From contig OZ024745.1 in assembly GCA_964016885.1 (NCBI GenBank), positions 79,608,001 to 79,672,000 of the forward strand: a stretch of DNA of 64,000 nt, given 5' to 3'. The DNA is from Eledone cirrhosa. Taxonomy: Eukaryota. The stretch's first letter is position 1. Each line of letters opens with the position of its first letter. The position numbers and the translations under genes are program-made. Shown piece by piece: positions 1 to 11,451 of the stretch. Under the pieces are notes generated by a model that worked only from the letters and a program-made list of their open reading frames with translations, was not told the origin of the DNA and ran no database searches.

Positions 1-96
1 TAACCATATTTATCCCCTTACAGAAACTAATTAGTTGGAGTGAAATTTTAGTAAGTAAGTCAATTTTCATAACTTTCTTATTTACGTCTTTCATAT

Positions 97-150
<54 letters not shown>

Positions 151-226
151 CTGATGGTAGCTAAGATGCTTCCATAGGCGGTATGCTGGTTGAGCACTCT
201 ATCCTCTTACAAAGCAGAGTATGATA

Positions 227-480
227 GAATAGAAAACGAAAAATCAGTGATGCTTCTGAACTCAATTTATTGTGTTACAATTGTTTCGCCGGCGGACAGC
301 TCGAGACGCGATCATTGTGTGGAATATGCTCCGAAATCATTAGAGGTGTCCGTCGAACCTGCGGGTCCAGAATCAGACAGATCCACATAATGATCGCGTC
401 TCGAGCTGTCCATCGGCGAAACAATTGTAACACACAATCAACTGAGTTCAGATGCATCACTGATTTTTCGTTTTCTATTC

Positions 481-481
<1 letters not shown>
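227..481. repeat. Inverted repeat (arms ~227-322 and ~382-481), probably a Penelope-like pLTR remnant
   Basis: The arms are near-perfect reverse complements. They contain CGAAACAATTGTA (3' half of a minimal hammerhead with palindromic loop III) but no intact CTGANGA. Flanked by microsatellites. Confidence 0.6.
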
Positions 482-576
<95 letters not shown>

Positions 577-1132
577 TGTAGTATAAGTGATTCAGTGAAT
601 TACTGGTGGTGGTATCAAAACACTCGATGCATAGGCAGAGTGTATATATTAATAAGAACGATGAAATTTCGTTTACATGTAATTAGATTTTTATTGTGTA
701 TCAACCTATTACGCGCGTTTCGCAGAGTATTGGCTCAGGGTCACCCGTAGAAGTTATGGATCCGATTCCATTAGCAATCTGCTCTTCAGACAGGCGACGC
801 AGCAAAAAAATATAGTGTTTGTTGTGATTTGTGAGATGATGGGTGTATATATAAGCATCGGCCCTATTTTCTTTTTATATGTGGGCGTAGTGGATGTTGG
901 AATGCAATAAATAGGGCAACTTTGTGCGTATATATACACGTATATTTATGTATGTGTGTGTGTGTGTGTCACGCTACGATGATCCAGTATAAGGTCAACG
1001 CATCTGTAGTGACAATTCTCATTTGACGACTACGGCCACCAAGTAAATAAAAAAAAAAATTGATGAATGAGAATGAAACATGTAAATCAATTAGATAATG
1101 TATCAATTATTGAACCTTGGTGATCTAATTTT

Positions 1133-1213
<81 letters not shown>

Positions 1214-1377
1214 TAAAATAACAGATTAAAGTTTAAGCAAAGAATCGCTGCTTTCACCCTTAACGGGATCTTCTGAAACTAACAAAGTCAATCTGTAAAC
1301 GCAGAACTGGATATTTCAAAAAACGTTGCAACCGGAGGAAGACAGGAAGACGATACTTTGGTTCGTGGTAACGTTCG

Positions 1378-1633
1378 CTGGCAAAGAACGGGAAAAAACG
1401 AATAATACGTCATTAATAGGAGCGGTGAAAAACAATTACGCGCAAAGACAGAACCACATTTATGGTATAAAAGAGGTCGTAGACTAATGTTCTCTTAGGT
1501 GGTGCATAGAGATGTTCTCTGGCAATGAACGAAAAAACGAAGATAATACGTCATATGTGGAGCGTGGAGAACAATAGCACGCAAAGACAAAACCACGTAA
1601 ATGGTATAGCAGAAGTCGTAGACTAAAATTCTA
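1378..1633. repeat. Imperfect tandem duplication (~140 bp period)
   Basis: ctggcaa...gaacg...aatacgtca...gcaaagaca...gtcgtagactaa occurs at ~1378-1494 and ~1519-1633. Confidence 0.65.
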
Positions 1634-1922
1634 ACTAGAAGACCAAATGAATCTCCGCTACAGAGTTAAGAACAAGTAAATAAATACAATACAGAAGTAA
1701 TAGAAATAAATAAATACATACACGCAAACAAATACGTACATACACAAGCATACGCAAAACCTTACCATAGGTATACAAAACCACGCACATATAAATATGT
1801 GTGTGTGTGTATGCGTGTATACAAATAAATAAATAATTATATAAACGTATATAAATAAATAAATACGTATATAACAAGCGAACACACATACCTACATATA
1901 AATACACGAATGTTCGGAGACA

Positions 1923-2041
<119 letters not shown>

Positions 2042-2276
2042 CCAACATTAAGATAAATCAAATGAATTTAATCTAAATCAAAATTATGGGTGTCATGCCA
2101 GAAAGACATGCGCCATATCACCCACAAAATAATAATATTAATCATATTATAAGGTATCCATTTTTGAAGTTCTGGTCAACTTTATTTAGTTACCTACCTA
2201 GCTATGTGTGGTTACACACTTGTAAAAATTATCTCCTGTGATTATTCATGTTTACTTATATGTTAATCAATTTCTA

Positions 2277-2366
<90 letters not shown>

Positions 2367-2598
2367 TATGCAAGAAATGCTTAGGATTATCCTGAATGCA
2401 ATAATGGTTAATTACTACACTAGATAGAATCGACGTACGGTGACAGGTTACTCAACGAGTTACAAAAGAACAGTTAAAGAAACTTCGTTTCCGATTCTTC
2501 TATATTCCGGAGTGTAGATAAAGAATGATTAATAAAACATTTAGATTAAGCTATCTGTATTCTTCAAACCACTCTCTCCCATTTCTCCTACCCTTACA

Positions 2599-2674
<76 letters not shown>

Positions 2675-2902
2675 CTCTCCCTTTCTTTCTCTCTTCCTTT
2701 TCTACTCTATCTTCTCCAATTACTCCCTTTAAGTAATATTAAGAAACTATGATCCAGCCATATTAGTTCTGAAGAATTGGTGGTACGAACACTATTTGAA
2801 AATTGAGTATCTGCAAATTAATAACTACCAATTTGCATATAGAATGACTAGGCTGTGTAACTACTAAGGAAACATTTGTAAACATCCTTATTAATCATTC
2901 TT

Positions 2903-2986
<84 letters not shown>

Positions 2987-3107
2987 TAGATATTGGGGTC
3001 TTACTGGTTCCTATTACCCACTCTACTACCTCAAGTATTGAGTACTTTGGTGCGTTATGGTCCACCTGGTTCCTTACCACATTTCCTTCGTTATATATAT
3101 AGATAGA

Positions 3108-3849
3108 TAGATATAGATAGGTAAATATACACGGGTGTGTATGATTGTGTATAGAAGATTATATTAATAAGAGGAATTCCAACTTTGTCTGATTTACTCG
3201 TTTTATTTACAATCCTTTAAAATATATATAATATAATGGTATTATAATGAAATAGTATGATAGAATATTAAATTCTAAGTGTTAATTGAACAAGTACTTT
3301 CATGCTTTCGCAATCTTCAGGTTCATGATATGTGGTGACAGTCGAGTTTGCAATTTTCAACTGTAATGGGATGGGTAAATTTCCTACCTTTTATACATTT
3401 TATACAGAGAAAAGTGGCTCCAGAATGCAAAGCCCTGTAAACTGTATTTCGACCAATCAGTGTGTAGTTTCACTGAATTACTACAGCTGATTGGTTTAAG
3501 CGTCACGGCTGGTTGAGCATGCTAACGACCAATAATCATATCCAACGTATCAATTGTTTTGCTTTTTGAAATGATGAAAATAGCATTTTCTATTAATCAT
3601 CACCATCAACATCACTTTTATTATTATTATTATTGTTGTTGTTGTTGTTGTTAGTGGTCGTGGTCATAGTGGTAGTAGAAGTAATACCCCTAGGCGTTAT
3701 TATTGTTCATTTAGCTTGGGTTTGAATTTATCAATAACATTCTTTTCTTTGATTTTTCTCTTGATTTCACTTGGGCTGTGTAATTTGTAGAATGGGAATA
3801 TTATAAATATTCCCTGACCACATGTTGCCAGGTGGCCGCTTAGGGGTAT
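3108..3849 (-). repeat. Downstream pseudo-LTR of the PLE (GIY-YIG C-terminus plus 3' UTR)
   Basis: Near-identical to 7318-8059. Confidence 0.92.
3287..3325 (-). ncRNA. Minimal type I hammerhead ribozyme (PLE pLTR copy 1)
   Basis: Minus strand reads TGAAC CTGAAGA TTGC-GAAA-GCAT GAAA GTAC T T GTTCA: stem I TGAAC/GTTCA, intact core, palindromic AGTACT stem/loop III. Confidence 0.85.
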
Positions 3850-5886
3850 CTGACGGACATTTGGGTCTCTGATTTGTTGACGGTGTACCCGTGCACGTTC
3901 CGATAGTGCATTTCCAGTTTGACCGACATATAGTTCTTCACAATTCGGGCATTTAATGCAGTAAATTAGATTTCTGCTTTTGCAGTTCATATTTGCATTT
4001 GGGAATATTTTTCCAGTTTTGTTTTCATATATTGACCGGCGTGTATGGATTGACATGTGCCGCATCGATTATCATTGCATTTAGATACAGTGAATGATTG
4101 GTCTTTGTTGTTAAGGTCAAACTTTGCTTTTGTTAGCAATTGCTTCAAATTTTTTGGCTGTCTTTTACTAAGAGTCAAAGATCGATCTGTGATTAAGCCT
4201 TTTAATTCATTACTTTGAGCAATGATCGGTAGGTTTGCTTTGGCAGTGTTGAAGATATTCTGGTGACATGGGTTGTGTGTCATTATAAATGGTATGACCA
4301 GTTCTTGGTTTCTTCTTCCTTGGGTTGTTCTAAGTTGTTGTATAGGTATTTTTATAGCCCGCTGTATGCCATTTTCTATAAGTAGAGATGGGTATTTTTG
4401 TTTGAGCAAAAATTCTCTTAGTTCTGTTAGGCGTTTGTACCTGGTATTCGTATCTTCTACAATGGTACAAATTCTTCTGGCTAGGCAGTATGGGATGTAT
4501 GCGTTTTGTATGAGGTGGATGGCACGACTTAAAATTCAGATATTGATGGGTGTCTGTGTGTTTATAATATATATCCGTGGTAATGGTGGTGTCGTTTTTG
4601 ATTATCATTATATCTAGGAATGGTAATTTGGTCCTACTCATCTCTTTTGTGAATTGGAGAGATGGGTGTAGGTTATTCAGGAGGATATTGAACTCATCCA
4701 GAGTATCTAGAGATTCTGTCCAGATGATGAAACAGTCGTCAAGGTATCTCTTCCAAGATTTTTCAATGTACTTTCTAAAGTCAGTACTATATTTTTCCTC
4801 TATTTCTTGGTAGAGTTGTTGTTCTAAGTATCCCATTACAGAGTTCGCGTAAACGGGAGAAAACTTCGTTCCCATCGCTGTGCCTCTAATTTGGATGTAA
4901 TTCTTTCCATTGAAGAAGAAAGTGTTGTTTTCCAGAATAAGTTTAACTGCGTCTAATATAAATGGCGCTGTGAATCTAATGGGAATCACTTCTCTATGTT
5001 TTTCCACCCAGTATTTAACCGCCTTTATTCCTAAATCATGTGTAATGTTGGTGTAAAGGCTTACCACATCAAAACTGAGTAGAAGTGAATTCGTTTCCGT
5101 GGTTTTGGGAAGATGGGACAGGAAGTCGATATCATCCCGGATGAAACTGGGTATGTGAATACATAGTGGTTTCAAAATAATGTCAACAAAATTGCTTAGA
5201 CGGTGAGTGGGGCATGTTGGACCAGCTATAATAGGTCTAAGTTTTAAGTCTTTTGGGTGTAATAATTTAATGTACTCACTGTTTTGTTCTCTTACTGCCA
5301 GTTGTATTTCTTTTGACTTGTGAACTTTCGGTAGGCCATACAGGTTGCTGGGTTTCGGCTCAAAATTGGTGATGTAGTCTCTTTCCTTATCAGTAAATGA
5401 GTTGTGGTATTTTGAAGCCAGGTTGTTGATCTTCTTTATGATGTTGTGGTCTATATTTGACGGTATTTTATGATAGAATGTTGTGTCTTTCAGTTGTTCC
5501 TCAACCAAATCCTTGTAGTATTCAGTATCCATTATAACAACTGCACCCCCTTTATCTGCTTGTTTAATTATTATTGTTTTATCATTTTGTATACGTTTAA
5601 GTGCAGACATTTCTGATTTGTTAATGTTTGGCCTAACATTAGTATTATGTCTAAGAGGAAATTTAGACAGGATGTCAATGTATTGGTCGAGATAGATATT
5701 TCTTCCTTTTGGCGGAGTGAAATTTGATTTATTCTTTACTAGTGATTCATCACTCTCATTATTTTTATCAGCGAAGAATTCTACAAGACGTAATTTTCGA
5801 CAGAATTCTTGGGTATCCTCCTTCAGTTCTTGGTGGTTGACTGTTGGAGTCGGTGTGAATTTCAGTCCTTTTGACAGAATTTGCAT
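3700..5886 (-). pseudogene. PLE reverse transcriptase + zinc knuckle + GIY-YIG endonuclease, with frameshifts at ~4499 and ~4020
   Basis: Motifs LSKGLKF, LYGLPKVHK, LRPIIAG, SFDVVSLYTNI, GTAMGT, RYLDD, LPFLD, SCHP, CNDNRCGTC, NLIYCIKCPNCEELYVGQT and FKPKLN lie across ORFs 4330..5886, 3987..4409 and 3700..4065. The RT frame is open upstream to 6027. Confidence 0.92.
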
Positions 5887-5933
5887 TTCATCATTGTCAA
5901 GATCTCTTTTAGATAAATTAATTATTTTAGGAT

Positions 5934-7283
5934 CTACGTGTACAGCTGTTTTGGGTATGTTTCCTCCTGGAGTTTTTCTTTTTCCGGTTTTTGTTGTCCT
6001 GACGTTAAAAAATGGATTTTTCTCTGTTCAGGATTTATATTCCTGTTGGTGTTCGCTTGATGAACTTTTGGTCGTGATATTATATTTGGTTTCGTTATGT
6101 ATTTTGTCCTATTTTTGGTATTCTGTATATTATTTTTCTTCCTGTTAGCATTATTTTTAACAATCTGGGAAAATGACCTAGGTTTGCTTTCAGGTTTAGA
6201 TCGTTTTTTCGTCCAGTTTCTTGTGGGCAATCTCTGTTGAGATCTTGAGAGTGATCTGGGTATTCTACCTTTTGTTTCCACATTCCTTGTTGGTAGTCTC
6301 TGTTGAGATTTTGAGAATGATCTCCTGGTTTTACTACTTCTCATGGTCTGGTCAAAGGAATACCTATCGTGTTTGTGCTTTTTGTTCATGTTGTGTGTGA
6401 TAGGGTGTTTTTGTAGAAAAAGCGAAGAGTTATTACCGTAGTTCTTCTTTGATTCAAGGTAAGGTGAGTGTTTGTGTTGGCACGTGTTCTGGCGTATGTT
6501 GTGTTGATGAGATTGTCCACTTTTAATGCTTTTTCTCAGAGTTCCAGAGTCTTTACCGTAATTTGCAGCATATTCATCGAGAAATAATTGTTTCTGCTGC
6601 CACACCTTTTTTGATTTGTTTTCTTCTTTTGAGATATCTCCGATCCATAGTTCTCGTAGTTTTTCAGCTATAATACCAGTCGTTAGCTTTGAAATTTCAA
6701 CTTCAATTTGGTCATCAATAGCTTCATATTTGGCTTTGTAGCGGGATTGTTTACATTCAGAAATGGAGATGTCGGTCCTGAATTTTGTCAATGTAAGTTC
6801 CCATCGGAGTTTTGTTTCTTCTTCTGGTTCTCCTGCAATTTCTGTAATTAGGTATTTACGAGGGAGTATGGGTGCCGTTAGAGAGAGCCATTGCGAATGT
6901 GTTTCGACATATTTTTCGCATCTGTATGCTTTCCAGAAATTTTGTTTTCTTATGTTAAGGAATTTTTTCCATGTCTTCCACATTTCTTTTCTTATTCGAT
7001 GTGTTTTGTTTTCCAAATTTCTTTCGTTTATTTCTGACATCCAAGGGGGTTGTGGTAGGCTTTCTCTTGTATCTTTGATAACTGTTGGTATAATTTCAGC
7101 TAAATTCTTAATTTCAGAGTTTATATGTTCAGTTATAAGTTTTCCGTCTGTAGATTGTTTTTCTATTTCCTTTAAAATAGAGGATTGTGTGTCCATCATC
7201 GTGATAAGTGTTGATAATTTCGATGATATCTCCTTTAGAATTCTTTCTGATTCTGTTGGTTTCATTTGTTGCTTTCCAGACAT
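5934..7283 (-). CDS. PLE ORF1, 449 aa: coiled-coil/helical N-terminal half and basic Arg/Ser/Lys-rich repetitive C-terminal half
   Basis: Intact ORF between the upstream pLTR and the RT ORF, overlapping the RT frame. Contains SQQRLPTRN repeats. Confidence 0.75.
   Translation of the reverse strand: MSGKQQMKPTESERILKEISSKLSTLITMMDTQSSILKEIEKQSTDGKLITEHINSEIKNLAEIIPTVIKDTRESLPQPPWMSEINERNLENKTHRIRKEMWKTWKKFLNIRKQNFWKAYRCEKYVETHSQWLSLTAPILPRKYLITEIAGEPEEETKLRWELTLTKFRTDISISECKQSRYKAKYEAIDDQIEVEISKLTTGIIAEKLRELWIGDISKEENKSKKVWQQKQLFLDEYAANYGKDSGTLRKSIKSGQSHQHNIRQNTCQHKHSPYLESKKNYGNNSSLFLQKHPITHNMNKKHKHDRYSFDQTMRSSKTRRSFSKSQQRLPTRNVETKGRIPRSLSRSQQRLPTRNWTKKRSKPESKPRSFSQIVKNNANRKKNNIQNTKNRTKYITKPNIISRPKVHQANTNRNINPEQRKIHFLTSGQQKPEKEKLQEETYPKQLYT
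6006..6012 (-). promoter_or_regulatory. Candidate -1 ribosomal frameshift slippery heptamer U UUU UUA linking ORF1 to RT
   Basis: In the ORF1 frame the codons are caT TTT TTA. A -1 shift enters the RT frame, which is open from 6027 to the RT motifs. Confidence 0.55.
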
Positions 7284-7317
7284 GTTGGCACATACACAAT
7301 AGGAATATATATATATA

Positions 7318-8059
7318 TAGATATAGATAGGTAAATATACACGGGTGTGTATGATTGTGTATAGAAGATTATATTAATAAGAGGAATTCCAACTTTGTCT
7401 GATTTACTCGTTTTATTTACAATCCTTTAAAATATATATAATATAATGGTATTATAATGAAATAGTATGATAGAATATTAAATTCTAAGTGTTAATTGAA
7501 CAAGTACTTTCATGCTTTCGCAATCTTCAGGTTCATGATATGTGGTGACAGTCGAGTTTGCAATTTTCAACTGTAATGGGATGGGTAAATTTCCTACCTT
7601 TTATACATTTTATACAGAGAAAAGTGGCTCCAGAATGCAAAGCCCTGTAAACTGTATTTCGACCAATCAGTGTGTAGTTTCACTGAATTACTACAGCTGA
7701 TTGGTTTAAGCGTCACGGCTGGTTGAGCATGCTAACGACCAATAGTCATATCCAACGTATCAATTGTTTTGCTTTTTGAAATGATGAAAATAGCATTTTC
7801 TATTAATCATCACCATCAACATCACTTTTATTATTATTATTATTGTTGTTGTTGTTGTTGTTAGTGGTCGTGGTCATAGTGGTAGTAGAAGTAATACCCC
7901 TAGGCGTTATTATTGTTCATTTAGCTTGGGTTTGAATTTATCAATAAAATTCTTTTCTTTGATTTTTCTCTTGATTTCACTTGGGCTGTGTAATTTGTAG
8001 AATGGGAATATTATAAATATTCCCTGACCACATGTTGCCAGGTGGCCGCTTAGGGGTAT
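7318..8059 (-). repeat. Upstream pseudo-LTR of the PLE (5'-truncated second copy)
   Basis: Near-identical to 3108-3849. Contains three CCAAT/ATTGG boxes (~7661-7745), a hammerhead and a minus-strand AATAAA near 7411. Confidence 0.92.
7497..7535 (-). ncRNA. Minimal type I hammerhead ribozyme (PLE pLTR copy 2)
   Basis: Identical to 3287-3325. Confidence 0.85.
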
Positions 8060-8297
<238 letters not shown>

Positions 8298-8891
8298 GTT
8301 GGTGCTACTGGTAACATGTATCCCAATACAACCTGTCTCATGGTCGGGTCGTTGGCGACTAAACTGGCAACCCCACCAAGGTTTCTTGGTGAGGAGGGTG
8401 ATTGGACATCCTGCAGGACTAAAAACAAAACCTGTCAAAGACCAAAGGAGCTCTTAAGAGTCAATGGCAATCCAAAATCACCGGGAGAGATGACCCCTTA
8501 GCCTTTGTCAAGGCAGAATTCTAGGAGAAGGAAAACTCTGATATAACACCTGCAACTCTGATGGTATCCAATGATGTTGACTTGTTCTTCTTTTTGGTAA
8601 ATATCATCTTGGTTAAGAGAGTGGGACTGGCTTTGTGCAGTGCCTTTGCTCACTATAAAAGCTTCACGCCACAGGCATTGCTTTATATCTGGAGTTCTCT
8701 CTGCACTTGTCATCACATGGTACCATGGGCCCAGGACTGTGTGTCAATAATTGTCACAAGTGTAGTGTTTGTACCAGAGTTTTCGAGTCGTTGGCTGGAC
8801 TAAAAAGTCACACTCGTTCAGCGCATCAGTAGGGGTTCTCCTACATGGATATAAAGTAATGGCCGTACTCGAAAACGAGTTCGCAGCCACC
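8298..8891 (+). mobile_element. Non-autonomous bipartite RTE derivative, family A, copy 1 (slightly 5' truncated)
   Basis: ~605 bp unit: RTE-type 5' UTR (GGAGAAGGAAAACTCTGAT motif), a C2H2-finger remnant, 3' hairpin CTCG-AAAA-CGAG and an (ATGT)n tail. Confidence 0.85.
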
Positions 8892-8901
8892 ATGTATGTA
8901 T

Positions 8902-9508
8902 GTCAGGTCACCAGTTGGTGCTACTGGTAACATGTATCCCAGTACAACCTGTCCCATGGTCGGGTCGTTGGCGACTAAACTGGCAACCCCACCAAGGTTT
9001 CTTGATGAGGAGGGCGACTTTGGACATCCTGCAGGACTAAAAACAAAACCTGTCAAAGGGCAAAGGAGCTCTTAAGAGTCAATGGCAATCCAAAATCACC
9101 GGGAGAGATGACCCCTTTGCCTTTGTCAAGGCAGAATTCTAGGAGAAGGAAAACTCTGATATAACACCTGCAACCCTGATGGTATCCAATGATGTTGACT
9201 TGTTCTTCTTTTTGGTAAATATCATCTTGGTTAAGAGAGTGGGACTGGCTTTGTGCAGTGCCTTTGCTCACTATAAAAGCTTCACGGCACAGGCATTGCT
9301 TTGTATCTGGAGATCTCTCTGCACTTGTCGTCACATGGTACCATTGGCCCAGCACTATGTGTCAATAATTGTCACAAGTGTAGTGTTTGTACCAGAGTTT
9401 TCAAGTCACTGGCTGGACTAAAAGTCACACTCGTTAAGCGCATCGGTAGGGGTTCTCCTACATGGATATAAAGTAGTGGCCGTACTCGAAAACGAGTTGG
9501 CAGCCACC
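8902..9508 (+). mobile_element. Family A copy 2
   Basis: Highly similar to copy 1; bounded by TATG repeats. Confidence 0.87.
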
Positions 9509-9528
9509 ATATGTATGTATGTATGTAT

Positions 9529-10063
9529 GTCGGGTCGCTCTCGAGTGCTACTGGTGGCATGTGGCACAGTGCAACCTGTCGCATGGTCGGGTCGTCGGTA
9601 ACTGAACCGGCGGCCCCACCAGGTTTGCTTGGTGGGGAGGGTGATTTTGGACGCCCTGCGGGACGGAAGACAAAACCTGACAAAGGGCGAGAGAGGTCAT
9701 AAGAGTCAACGGCCATCCGTAAGTGTGTAAATATGTATATACACATGTACCGTGCAGTTAAATCACTGGGAGTGAAGGACCCCTAGCCTTTGTCAGGGCA
9801 TTCTTCTAGGAGAAGGCAACTCAGGAAACTGGGATAACTCCGATATAAAACCTGCGGCTCAGTAGTTACCGATGATGTTGATCTTTTCTTCTTTTCGGGT
9901 TATAGCTACTGACTCTCAGAGAGTGGGATTGGCTCAGTGCACAGTCTTTCCTCACTTTAAAAAATATCTTCACGCACAGGCATTGCACGATAGAATTAAT
10001 TAATAATTATTAATAATGGTATATCGTACAACGGTCATACTCGATAACGAGGGGGAAGCCATC
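9529..10063 (+). mobile_element. Non-autonomous RTE derivative, family B, copy 1
   Basis: 5' head homologous to family A. 3' end (ATACTCGATAACGAGGGGGAAGCCATC) matches the 3' end of the RTE at 18241-18276. Confidence 0.8.
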
Positions 10064-10089
10064 ATGTATGTATGTATGCATGTATGTAT

Positions 10090-10530
10090 GTCTCATGGTG
10101 ATCGGCGACTAAACCGGCAACCCCACCAAGATAGCTTGGTGAGGAGGGTGGTATTTGGACACCCTGCGGGATGAAATACAATACCCGGCAAATGGCGGAG
10201 GAACTCAGCAGAGCCAACGGCTATCCAGATAGTATTTCTTTTCACCGGTTGTTGTCACAACACCTTTCAAAGAGGGGGAATCTCTGAAAAAATCCTGCGG
10301 CTTTGGAAGCATCCGATGATGTTGACCAGTTCGCCTTTTCGTGTAGTGTTTTCGATACTCAGAGAGTGGGATTAGTCGAGTGCAAGGCCCACTTAAAAAA
10401 CCTTCAAAACACAGGCATTGCTTGTTCAGGATATGTTAAAGGTTTCTGTGGCTGGCCGTAGCCTAAAAGTGAACCATTTTCTGTAATCTGACAAGCGATT
10501 GCAATACTTTTAGCAGAGTTTGCAGTCATC
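10090..10530 (+). mobile_element. Non-autonomous RTE derivative, family C (5' truncated)
   Basis: Head homologous to families A and B. 3' end GCAATACT...GAGTTTGCAGTCATC matches the RTE fragment ending at 12370. Confidence 0.75.
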
Positions 10531-10618
10531 ATGTATGTATGTATATGTGTGCATGCATATATTTATACATGTATGTATGTATGTTTGTATGTTTGTATGT
10601 ATGTATGTATATATGTTA

Positions 10619-11261
10619 TGTCGGGTCACTCTTGAGTGCTACTGGTAACATGTAACCCAGTAAAACTCGTCGCATGGTCGGGTCGTCGCCGACTAAACTG
10701 ACACCCCCACCAAGTTTACTTGATGAGGAGGGTGATTTTGGACACCCTGCAAGACAAAAAAACCAAAACCTGACAAAGGGCGGAAGAACTCATAAGAGTC
10801 AACGGCCATCCAAAAATGTGTATACATATGTATATACATATGTACATATGTATATACATATGTACATGTATATACATATGTGCATGCGTGTGTACATATG
10901 TATATACATATGTACATACGTACATATGTATATACATGTGTGCATATGTATATACATATGTACATACGTACATATGTGTATGCATATGTGCATGTGTGTA
11001 TATGTATATATGTATATGCATGTGTGCATATGTGTGTATATGCGTGGGGATTGGATACCCAATCGGGCGGTTAAACCACTGGGAGTGAAGGACCCCTAGT
11101 CTTTGTCAGGGCATTCTTCTAGGGGAAGGCACTCAGGACACAGTCTTTCCTCACTTTAAAAATATCTTCACGCACAGGCATTGCACGATAGAATTAATTA
11201 ATAATGATTAATAATGTTATATTGTGCAATGGCCATACTCGATAACGAGGGGGCAGCCATC
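10619..11261 (+). mobile_element. Family B copy 2, with expanded internal TACATATG-type microsatellite and an internal deletion
   Basis: Homologous to 9529-10063. Ends GCAATGGCCATACTCGATAACGAGGGGGCAGCCATC, identical to the RTE 3' end. Confidence 0.8.
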
Positions 11262-11451
11262 ATATATGATATGTATGTATATTTTGTATGTATGCATGCA
11301 TGTATATATGTATGTATATACAGTATGTATGTATATATGTATGTGTGTATGTATATATGTGTGGGTTTATGTATGTATGTGTGTATGTATATGTGTATGT
11401 ATGTATGTATGTATGTATGTATGTATGTATGTATGTATGTATGTATGTATG

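Larger units (their letters stand above)
3108..8059 (-). mobile_element. Penelope-like retroelement (PLE), partial-tandem structure with pseudo-LTRs; tentatively Naiad/Neptune-type
   Basis: Encodes PLE RT and a C-terminal GIY-YIG endonuclease. Near-identical direct repeats 3108-3849 and 7318-8059 (offset 4210). Hammerhead in each repeat; flanked by (TA)n. Confidence 0.93.

Noticed and set aside
690-760. Hammerhead on the minus strand (CGAAACGCGCGTA)
   Set aside because: The CTGANGA half is degenerate. The same applies to the motifs near 1250, 19230, 27000 and 50130.
3700-5886. Selenocysteine recoding, as reported for some Naiad PLEs
   Set aside because: There is no in-frame TGA at conserved Cys positions. 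The breaks are frameshifts.
8561-8803. Recurrent 80-aa ORF MVSNDVDLFFF... and its antisense ORFs
   Set aside because: It recurs only because the repeat recurs, and has no recognisable domain. The meaningful frame is the zinc-finger remnant.
8930-8990. HDV-like or twister ribozyme in the family A head
   Set aside because: There is partial resemblance (CCAGT/ACTGG, CTAA, GAGGG), but I could not build the P1/P3/P1.1 nested pseudoknot or the twister core.
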